This document shows, in pieces, positions 17,318-26,900 of a stretch of DNA of 64,000 bases. The number at the start of each line of letters is the position of its first letter. Within the stretch, counting starts at the first letter, position 1. The DNA comes from a virus (Duplodnaviria > Caudoviricetes). Position numbers and translations under genes: made by a program. The stretch lies in IMG/VR virus record IMGVR_UViG_3300005805_000064, positions 1 to 64,000 of that record, one strand, 5' to 3'. Below the pieces are notes generated by a model, which was not told the DNA's origin, did not search any database, and was given only the letters and a program-made list of their open reading frames with translations.

Positions 17318-17591
17318 ACTATTGGTTTATAAGGCGTCACCCCCATCTAGCCTTGTTTAGGCGGCTAGAGCGTAAACATCATCGTTTGCGTTTACTTTGT
17401 TTTGCTAGAATTACGTTCTTCGCCTTCCGGATCGTCTGCTCCGCTACTCTTTGCCCTGTCGAAACCAGGTCCGGCCCATCAAATAATCTCTCAGCCGACC
17501 CTAGGGTATTCTACGGAGAGAGACCATTTGGTGGACCGGGCGGGAATCGAACCCGCGTCCAGAACACTTTTCTCTTCACTTCTTACGATCA
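17318..17591 (-). ncRNA. ssrA: Circularly permuted (two-piece) tmRNA, tag (A)ANDDVYALAA
   Basis: Minus-strand order: acceptor piece ending GGACGCGGGTTCGATTCCCGCCCGGTCCACCA (3' end 17529), 51-nt intervening segment, coding piece starting GGGCCGGACCTGGTTTCGACAGGG (17477), tag ORF 17389-17357. 7-bp acceptor stem with G3.U70 and A73. Outer boundaries approximate. Confidence 0.93.
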
Positions 17592-17918
17592 TAAATCCTT
17601 ACAAGTTCGTTCTTTATATATCTTTCCATCTTCGGTCATAATCTCTTTCCAGTCAGTACACACTTTACCTTTTGTAACCTGCTCTTCTTTTTCTTTAGCC
17701 TGAGCATCTGCGATCACCGCACCTATGATCACACCACCCACCAATGGTACTACCCAATCATTATGACGATGTACTATGATAGGAGCATGCCTATGTATGT
17801 GATGTATATGACGATGACCATGACCGTGAAAATGACGATGGCCATTGATATGAACCTGATGTGCAAATGCCGGTGCTGCTATAACTAAACTAATGAGTCC
17901 TGCTAAAAGTGCTTTCAT
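17589..17918 (-). CDS. His-rich exported/membrane protein
   Basis: Signal peptide ending AFA, 14 His in 33 residues, hydrophobic GGVIIGAVIA segment, C-terminal Cys pair. Confidence 0.7.
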   Translation of the reverse strand: MKALLAGLISLVIAAPAFAHQVHINGHRHFHGHGHRHIHHIHRHAPIIVHRHNDWVVPLVGGVIIGAVIADAQAKEKEEQVTKGKVCTDWKEIMTEDGKIYKERTCKDL

Positions 17919-17942
17919 AACATTGCTCCTTTATATTATCTA

Positions 17943-19211
17943 TCACTTTTCAAATTCTATTAAACTATCTGATATTACATATTGATTATTGTTTTTTCTA
18001 AACACCCATATGGGTTCAATAAAGACGCTATTCTTATCTGTATTTACTATCGCGTGAGGCCTAGCCTGCATACGCATACCGATCTTACCGATATAATTAG
18101 CGCCTATGCTTACTAGATGATCTACCATATCATCACAAAGATTCAGTCTAGTTCCCTTGCTGATCCTCGGTTCGATTATATTGATCATCATGTATGCATT
18201 ATCTTTTAACGCACTAAAGACCTTTTCGTTGACAGGGAAAAAGAAATCATTTTTCCAACTATCGAAAGATTGATATCTGTGCCAACTTTGTGTAGAACTG
18301 TGTTCTTTGGCATAGCGTTCAGTCTCAAAGTAAGGAGGACTTGTAAAATAAAAATCGAAAGTGTTTTCATATTTTTTCCAATCAAGGTCTTCACTAGGAA
18401 GATTATATATTACTACTTTCTTGCTACCTATGCAAATGAAATGATCACCGTTATCTTGTAATACAGCAGCGTCATAACCTAGCATGTTCTCATACTCTAA
18501 GCATTGATCCTTGTATGACTCATAGACTTCAGGATTAGGATCACAACCTACATACAACTCAGTACCATATGTAGCATAGAAGCCTGCTAATCTATCGCCC
18601 CAACCACAACTAGTATCTAACACTTTTCGTGCTTTATGTTTCTCATATAATGCCTTTGCGACACTAGGCTTGAATTGTGTAGCAGTATATGTACCTATAC
18701 GAAATGCACTACGAAATGCGCTGGCATCGATATCGCTATTTCCTAACGCTCCTTCTCGCCAGAAGTGCCAATTCATCTTCTCTAATTTTTCACGACTGTG
18801 CCATATGTCCCATGGACTATCGACAAGATTGCTACCGCACTTCATGCGATTAGTTTGTTGGAAGTAATTGCTGACGCTATTGTAGACATGAGACTTGTCG
18901 ATCACGCCCAGTGGCTTATCAGCATACTTGTACTTGTAATCGAATTTCTCTAATACAGTATCAAAGTGTTTATACTCACCTAGCATACTTGTCTTACAGA
19001 ACCGTTCGAACAAATCTACAAACTCGTTATAAGATATCTGCCTAGATGGAAAAGGAATATTGTTTGCTATGATGTATTCTGCGAGGTTCTCTTTGATCAT
19101 ATCCTTGTCATGGGATTGTATGAACTGTAGCCAGTCTTTGTTAGGCACATAGGGTATGCCACGACTATCGCTATGAAATTGAAAGAACTTCTGAATATTT
19201 GGATCGATCAT
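17943..19211 (-). CDS. Amino-DNA methyltransferase (N4-C/N6-A type)
   Basis: Motif I variant VLDTSCGWGDRL and motif IV FTSPPYF. Confidence 0.82.
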   Translation of the reverse strand: MIDPNIQKFFQFHSDSRGIPYVPNKDWLQFIQSHDKDMIKENLAEYIIANNIPFPSRQISYNEFVDLFERFCKTSMLGEYKHFDTVLEKFDYKYKYADKPLGVIDKSHVYNSVSNYFQQTNRMKCGSNLVDSPWDIWHSREKLEKMNWHFWREGALGNSDIDASAFRSAFRIGTYTATQFKPSVAKALYEKHKARKVLDTSCGWGDRLAGFYATYGTELYVGCDPNPEVYESYKDQCLEYENMLGYDAAVLQDNGDHFICIGSKKVVIYNLPSEDLDWKKYENTFDFYFTSPPYFETERYAKEHSSTQSWHRYQSFDSWKNDFFFPVNEKVFSALKDNAYMMINIIEPRISKGTRLNLCDDMVDHLVSIGANYIGKIGMRMQARPHAIVNTDKNSVFIEPIWVFRKNNNQYVISDSLIEFEK

Positions 19212-19248
19212 CAGTTGATTATAACAGATGATTTGGATATTGTAAAGT

Positions 19249-19318
19249 CGCTTCGGCTTGGATTCGAACCTTGTCCATAGTCTTATCGATCTGTACTTCC
19301 CACAGTACTGACCGAAGC
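19249..19318 (-). other. tRNA-like element (degenerate, no assignable anticodon)
   Basis: 7-bp acceptor stem GCTTCGG/CCGAAGC, D-stem GTAC/GTAC, GGTTCGAATCC T-loop; T-stem has 2 mismatches, anticodon arm short and unpaired, no CCA. Confidence 0.55.
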
Positions 19319-19322
19319 TTTT

Positions 19323-19402
19323 TTCTGGTTTGTCTCTGTAGTTCCGGAAACTACTTGACCCTCAAACTAAGCCATCGCTGTGCGACAAACACTACACCAG
19401 AA
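19323..19402 (-). ncRNA. Putative structured ncRNA of unknown family
   Basis: Outer stems TTCTGG/CCAGAA and GTTTGTC/GACAAAC, inner hairpin GTAGTT-TCCGG-AACTAC; TATAAATA just upstream. Confidence 0.45.
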
Positions 19403-19420
19403 GGTTGTGCGGCTGAATGT

Positions 19421-19428
19421 TATTTATA
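19421..19428 (-). promoter_or_regulatory. T4-type late promoter TATAAATA upstream of the structured RNA
   Basis: Exact TATAAATA overlapping the ugd stop codon. Confidence 0.6.
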
Positions 19429-20602
19429 CTTTGCGTGTGTTTCCGTAATGAATGATTTTGTCGCTTGTGCGCTCAATCATTCTCCACGGGTCTATGACAG
19501 TTGCATTCTCGGGAAAAGTGATATTACGGACATAATCGTCCCAATATCCTATCAGATAAACATCTGTCCAGTCTGTTTTTAAATCTGTGTCGCCGGTATG
19601 CTCATCATAGTAGTTGACATTGCCCATCTTACCCTCTATATAATGACCGACTAACATGCTTGCGCTACCGTTAGTATAATGCACTCCGGGCTTATATGCT
19701 TTGCCTACTATAGTGATGTTCTTACCATATTTCAAGCAAGTCTCAGCCATGCGTTCTGCTTGCACTTCTCTGGCTCGCATGATGCTATCGAACAGATCAT
19801 ATCCCAGATTCAACCGCTGTGCTAGATAACGCAATGCTATATTGTCACGAGGATGACATGCGCCACCGTCTCCCATACCTGCTTTCATATATGCAGGTCC
19901 CATGATTCGTTGCGTAGAGTTTTTCAATGCATTGGTTACCACATCGGTATCGATATTCTCATTGGTTTCTGCAACATCTTGTATCATATTGACTAATGCT
20001 AATTTAGTTGATATGAATGTATTATAGAAAATCTTGATAGCCTCTGCTTCGTCCCATGTACCTACCTCATAGCGTGTTCCTTCAGTTACAAAAGTTTTGT
20101 AGAAATCAATCAATTCTCTAGCATCACCTGTTGTGTCGCCGTCTTTAGTTCCTATGATAATCATCTCAGGGTTTATCATGTCTTGTTTTATTGTACCCAT
20201 TGCGATCAAATATGGATTATATAAAAACCTAGCATTGATGATATATGGCTGTAACAGTCTACGAACTGTGCCCGGCAATACTGTACTAATGAGAACCACT
20301 AGTTGGCTTTGATTAACATATCTGTTAACTTCTATTAATATGTTTGTGACGATACTATAATCAAAATCTTTGCTAAACAAATGGCTAGTAGGTAATTCTC
20401 CGCCATATATAGGATCATGCGGCGTAGGCGCTGCTATGAATATAATGTCTCTATCCTTGACGCATTCTTCTATAGAATTAGCCATGGGAAATATTGGCGT
20501 TCTAGGTTCTATATCATAACCCAACACATCGTGATGTTGCGCCATGACCTCGGCGCAATCTTGGCCTAATTTGCCTACGCCTATCATCGAAATTTTTTTC
20601 AT
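19424..20602 (-). CDS. ugd: UDP-glucose/GDP-mannose dehydrogenase family
   Basis: IGVGKLG, STVLPGT, AEAIKIFYN, GDGGACHPRD catalytic Cys. Confidence 0.9.
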   Translation of the reverse strand: MKKISMIGVGKLGQDCAEVMAQHHDVLGYDIEPRTPIFPMANSIEECVKDRDIIFIAAPTPHDPIYGGELPTSHLFSKDFDYSIVTNILIEVNRYVNQSQLVVLISTVLPGTVRRLLQPYIINARFLYNPYLIAMGTIKQDMINPEMIIIGTKDGDTTGDARELIDFYKTFVTEGTRYEVGTWDEAEAIKIFYNTFISTKLALVNMIQDVAETNENIDTDVVTNALKNSTQRIMGPAYMKAGMGDGGACHPRDNIALRYLAQRLNLGYDLFDSIMRAREVQAERMAETCLKYGKNITIVGKAYKPGVHYTNGSASMLVGHYIEGKMGNVNYYDEHTGDTDLKTDWTDVYLIGYWDDYVRNITFPENATVIDPWRMIERTSDKIIHYGNTRKV

Positions 20603-20603
20603 G

Positions 20604-20978
20604 TCATTTGATCGGTAATTCGCTCAATCCATGTTCTCGGTCAAGATATTTCATTTCAATCTTTACAGGATCCCAATCTTTCAATGCTTCTACAACATGA
20701 TAAGGATCTAAAGGACCGCAAGTATAAACATCCAGTTGCATCAATGCAGGTTCTGATTCATCCCAGACATGCAATGCTATATGACTTGTTTCTATAATGC
20801 TAACGCAAGTTATTCCACGATTACCTTTCACATCGAGGTATTTTGCAAAGGGACCCATCAATAACTTCATCCCTATTTTATCGATAAGATTGCTCACCCA
20901 TATTTTAACACCTGCTTCAGTCATTGGAGGATTCTTTACCTCTGCGCGGATGATCAAGTGCTTGTGATATATTGCCAT
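20604..20978 (-). CDS. speD: S-adenosylmethionine decarboxylase proenzyme
   Basis: IIETSHIALHVW self-cleavage motif, LDVYTCG. Confidence 0.88.
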   Translation of the reverse strand: MAIYHKHLIIRAEVKNPPMTEAGVKIWVSNLIDKIGMKLLMGPFAKYLDVKGNRGITCVSIIETSHIALHVWDESEPALMQLDVYTCGPLDPYHVVEALKDWDPVKIEMKYLDREHGLSELPIK

Positions 20979-20989
20979 TTTAAATTACC

Positions 20990-23900
20990 TCATGTATATT
21001 TTTTTCTGTAATAATCTTGTAGCCAAGACCATTCGTAAGATTTCTTCAATTCTTCGATATCGCCCATGACTGTATCGTAATATTCTACGGCATCTTTACT
21101 ACCCTGTATACAACTTTCGGCATAGAGGCCTTCTGCTACTGTAGTCCATATATTTAATCGTTCGCTAGCGATGTCACTATAATCGCTCTTGAGTTTGATC
21201 ACTTCTCTGAACGCTGTGCGCCAAGTGCTATAAGGGTCAGTATTGAAGTTAGCGACCCCCGATAGTATATCAACAGATTCATGGGGATCATCTAATGTGA
21301 AGTCAAGACCTACGCCAGTGTTATTCAATGTCAACTTCTTGTTATATGCGATCATGGCTTGGTGACCATATACAAGCCCGTTTAACGGGTTCTTGGCTGT
21401 GAAGATGTAATGCTTGGGTATCTGCAATCTATCTGGTTGCCAGTTGAAATCGAACTTCTCATCGATCTTGAGTTTAGCGAATACTGTAAACATCCAGGGT
21501 GTACTGCTTGCTTGTGCTGCGGCATGATATGCTGCTACACGACCATTCACACCATCTACTCTCACTACCTTGTTAGGCAGATGTTTAGTGATCTTCAACA
21601 AATGTTGATAGTTCTCTTCTGCGCAACTTTCACCATTGCTCAAGAAAACGATATCTAATGGTTTTGATTTAGCGACCCTCTTCGCTTTAGTTATATAAGG
21701 ATAATCATATAATTCGTTATCCACATATAGTTTCGCTTCTTTTGGTAGTGCAAGAACTGTGCCACCTGTGGTCAATATCTCAATATTCTTAGTATGATCT
21801 GCCCATAAACACACAGGTTCATCATAGTTCACCGTTATGTCCTTGTTGTCTGCTGTCTTAAAGATAGCATACGGGAAGTCATAATCTGTCTTGACCGCAT
21901 CGATATTAGTGTCATGGTCTAACACGAACTCGGGCGCAGGTAATCTCTTTGTCCTGATATGATTGTTATAATTGATCTTATCATAATCTTCTAACAGATT
22001 CATGTCATCGATCAAACTCTTTAATTTGTTGACATCGACTAAGAATGTGTCGCCGAACTTCTGCTTGTCGCTAGGGAACACATGTAGATTCTCTTTAGCG
22101 AATGGATCGCAGATATATGTCATATCGAAATTCTGATAATCGCACACAGAACTGCATACCCAGATATAATTTTCTTTGTTGGGTTTTACCTTCAACGATA
22201 TGTCGCGCAATGTCTCAAGGTAACTCTTTCTATATGGCACTACATGTACAGTCTTACCCGTAGACTTAGATAATAATTGCTCTTTGATCTTGTCTGTTTC
22301 ATTATTACCATGATCTATAAGATAGATATCGTACAAGCAATTCGTTGCCTTAGCAGCACGGTTCTTGACAAAGTTAAGATTGCTTAGATGCTCTATGATC
22401 TTGATGTACTTGGTGTCTTCAGGAAATGTGTCTTTGTTCAGCAAGTATGTGGTTCCCCAATGGCTCCACTGTGTGCCAAATATATGAACCATCTTCAATT
22501 GCCAAGGGTTAGGATAATACTTGAAGTCAAAGTTACTGTAATCAAGTTCGCTGTTCAATATCCATGCTAACTGTGTAGTGCTTCTATTCAAGCAACGATA
22601 GATCGTGTCTACCCAACTATTGAGATAGCGTGTCTTTTGTATGTTAGGGAATCTTTCTTGCAACTTCTCAAATCTTTCTTTAGCCTCGGCATTGCCGCGG
22701 TCGATCATGAAGATATCTGGCTGTATGAACAAGTCGGCTAGATATTCGTTCTCTGCTTTGACATCGCCCGTGACGAAATTATACTGAGTGAAGCCTTGCT
22801 TATATAGTTTGCTGTTGACGAAATATGTTTGTGTCTCTTTCGCTTCAGGGCTACCGAATACATGAACGAATCTTGCCTGTTCAATATTTGGACGCCAACT
22901 GAAATTGAAATTGCTGTAATTAATGTTCTTGTTCAACGCCCAGAACAATTCATCTGTGTGTTCATCTATCAAGTCTTCAAGTGTGGTCTGTATATAATAC
23001 TTAGGAATCTCTACGAACTCACTACGGTGTTTCTTTGTCACACGCTGTAGTTTGATGATCTCACCGTTGTTCTTTTTAGTTTTGTATATAGGGCCATCTG
23101 TATCATCGAACAATGTGCCGAACTGATAGATATATGGCGGGCTACCGGGATTAGGTCTCCAACTGAAATCAAAGTCATCAGTATTGATATTTTCTGGTAT
23201 GACCCAATTGGTCATATCGCTCACTACTTCTGCCGTGATATCATGTATGTACTTTTTCTCAGTAGCATTCTTGACATGATACTCTAATGTTGGTTCTACT
23301 TCGCCACTGTTCCACTGATTGCCGAACACATAGATATAGGGAGGACTAGTAGGATCAGGTCTCCAACTATAGTCAAAATCACTTCTGACTTTGATCAACT
23401 CACGCCACTTGTTGTAATCAGGTAATACATGCGCAGTTTGCGGCATATACTTACGCTGTGTAGCACCCTTGACATGATATTCTAATGTAGGTTCTATCTC
23501 AGCACTATTCCACTGATTACCGAACACATAGATATAAGGCTCGTCATGTGGATCAGGTACCCAACTATAATCGAAACTTGTGCGATCTACAGGTATGATC
23601 TCTGTGAATCGATCATAGTTCTGTGCTAACTGTGCTACGAATGAATTGTCATACTTGTAATCAGTAGCGCCGCTGACCCTGTACAATATAGTAGGCATCT
23701 TTTCTGCTGGATACTGAGTGTTACCGAAAGCATAGATATAAGGTTGTTCTTTGGGGTTCGGTCTCCAACTAAAGTCAAAACTTTCTTCAACGATAGGATG
23801 CAATATCTTATAGTTATTCTTGTTAGGCAATACGGTAGCAACAATGTCCTCTATATACTTGTATTCAGTAGCGCCGGGCACATGATATTCTAATGTAGGT

Positions 23901-26900
23901 TCTACGCTGGCTAAGTTCCATTGATTACCAAACACATAGATATATGGCGGAGCCTTAGGATCAGGCACCCAACCAAAATCAAAATCTGATTTGTCTACTG
24001 GTATCTTTTCTACCCAGTGTGTCATGTTAGTTGCTAACTTGGCTTTGACATCATCGACATACTTGATCTCAGTAGCATTCTCTACGACATAACGAACAGT
24101 AGGCATGACTTCGCCGGGATACTGAGTATTACCGAACACATAAATGAATGGATCATCGTATGGGTCAGGACGCCAGCTAAAGTCGAACTCACTTTCTACT
24201 ATAGGTATCAATATCTCAAACTTACTTTTGTCTTGTGCGACCTTAGCGATGATATCATGCACATACTTTATCTCAGTGGCACCAGGCACATGATATTCAA
24301 CTGTAGGTTCTTTCTCTGCTCTATTCCATTGATTACCGAACACATAGATATATGGTGGTGCTTCGGGATGCGGTACCCAACTGAAATCAAAACTATCAGG
24401 TTCTAATCTTATCTTTACTTTAAAATTCTTAGTATCAACTAATGTCTTTGCTTGTATGCCTTTGATATATTTCTTTTGAGTAGCATTATGTGTATGATAT
24501 ACAGGACCTCCTACATCATTCCATATCGTAGCAAACTCATAGTCATATGGCTCTTCTGTATTATCAGGATGCCAACTAAAATCAAAACTATCAACATCTA
24601 TGTTGCTAGGAATAGTCCAGTTAGTCTTATCAGATAGTTTGATAGCATATTGAACATCGACATATTTTGTCTCAGTAGCACCTTCGACAACATATCTAGG
24701 ACCATTAGTCTTTTGATGTTGCGTACCAAACTCATATATGAACGCAGGTTCAGTATCGTCTGGATGCCAACTAAAATCAAACTGTGAAACATCTAAACCT
24801 TCAGGTATCACATAATTTTTGATATCAGGCAGTCTAACTGCTCTCTGACTATCAATATACTTGACTTCTGTGGCTCCTTCAACCGTATATGTAGGTCCGC
24901 CTGTCTTCTGCCATTGTGTACCGAACTGATAGATATATGGCGGGCTACCCGGATCGGGCAACCATTCGAAATCGAATTTATCTAAATCTATATTATTGTC
25001 ATATCTCCATTTAGTCATGTCAGCAAATGTCTTTGCTACAACTTCGTTCACATATTTTAATTCCGTAGCACCCGGCACTACATATTTTACTGTGGGCATG
25101 ATCTCAGCACTATACTGCTCATTGCCGAACACATAGATATATGGCTGTTCTGTATTATCAGGATGCCAACTATAATCAAAACTTTTGATTTTTATATCAC
25201 ATAACTGCCAATATATAGATGTAGGTTTAGCGATTGCCTTATCGCTGTACATGTATTTGATCTCACTAGCACCTTCTACAACATATCTAGGACCGCCGTT
25301 CTTTTGATGCTGTGTGTTGAACTCGTAGATATAAGGTTGATCATGTGGATTAGGAATCCAACTAAAATCAAACTTGCTATCATCAATATTATCAGGTACT
25401 ATCCAATTTGTTTTATTCTGTGCTAACTTAGCAACGATATCTGTGATATATTTTTCTTTTATAGCACCAGGCATACGATATTCAATCGTAGGCATTTGTC
25501 TAGCATCATGATGCTGATTACCAAAGATGTAAATGTAAGGTTCTTCGGTATTATCGGGATGCCAACTGTAATCAAAATCTTCTATCTCATGATCTATTAA
25601 AATATTGAAATTGTTTTGATCAGGCAATCTTTTAGCGATTATACCCTCGACAATCTTGACTTCAGTTGCACCAGGAACGACATATCTTGGTCCACCGTTC
25701 TTTTGATGCTGCGTGCCAAACTCATATATGTAGTCAGGCTCCAATGGGTCGGGCCTCCATGTAAAATCAAAACTATTTTTGTCTACATTAGCAGGTATAT
25801 CCCATCGATCATATTCCGGCAATACAACTACATCATCAGTCATGTACTTTATCTCGGTAGCACCGGGCACAACATATTCAACTGTTGCTTTATACTTGTT
25901 ACTGATATACTTGTTACCCCAACGATAGATGTAAGGAGGATCATTGGGATTTGGTATCCAACTAAAATCAAACTTATTTTCGTCAATTGGCTGAGTGATT
26001 ATCCAATTGGTTTTATCTATATCTAATGTTGCTACGATGTCTGCGACATACTTGATTTCAACTGCGCCCGGTACTACATACTGTATAGTAGGCATTTCTT
26101 CTGCTTTGTATTGGTTGTTACCAAAAATATAGATATATGGTTGTTCACTGTTATCAGGGTGCCAACTATAGTCGAAATCTTTTATCTTTATATTTTGATT
26201 CACAAGCCAATTTGTTATGGTGGGCAACGCTCTTGCCTGTTGACTATCAATATATTTGATTTCAGATGCGCCGGGGACAACATATCTAGGACCACCTGTT
26301 CTCTGCCACTGCGTGCCGAACTCATAGATATAAGGAGGGTCTTTAGGATGGGGTACCCAGCCAAAGTCAAACGCGGATATATCGATATTTTCATTAACAT
26401 GCCAACATTCAGGCTTAATTCCTATCTTAGCCTTGATAGTGTCGATATATTTGTATTCACTGGCGCCTTCTACAACATATTGTAGCGTCGGCATAATCTC
26501 ACCTGAATAGTGCTGATTGCCAAACACATAGATATAAGGCTGTTCACTACTATCAGGATGCCAACTATAATCGAAATCTTCTACAGGAAAATCTGTAACA
26601 ACAGTGAATCTATCTTTTTGCGGCATATGCTTCACGGATTGTGAATCAATATACTTGATCTCACTAGCACCTTCTATGATATATCTTGGTCCATTTGTCT
26701 TTTGATGTTGCGTGCCAAACTCATAGATATAAGGTGGGTCGTTCGGATTAGGCTCCCAACTATAATCAAAGGTCTCATCATCGACACTAGAAGGTACTGA
26801 CCAGTTCGTCATGCATGGCTTACGGACTACACGGTCGTTCATGTATTTGTACTGAGTGGCGCCCTCTACTTTATAGGCTACGCTTACTTTGTCTCTTGGA

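Noticed and set aside
17353-17703. Plus-strand ORFs 17353-17703 and 17402-17641
   Set aside because: They overlap the tmRNA antisense; the RNA structure explains the sequence
19249-19318. Calling a functional tRNA with a specific anticodon
   Set aside because: No paired anticodon stem or 7-nt loop can be drawn; reported only as tRNA-like
19271-19582. 103-aa plus-strand ORF
   Set aside because: Antisense to the ugd 3' end and the structured RNA; no coding signals
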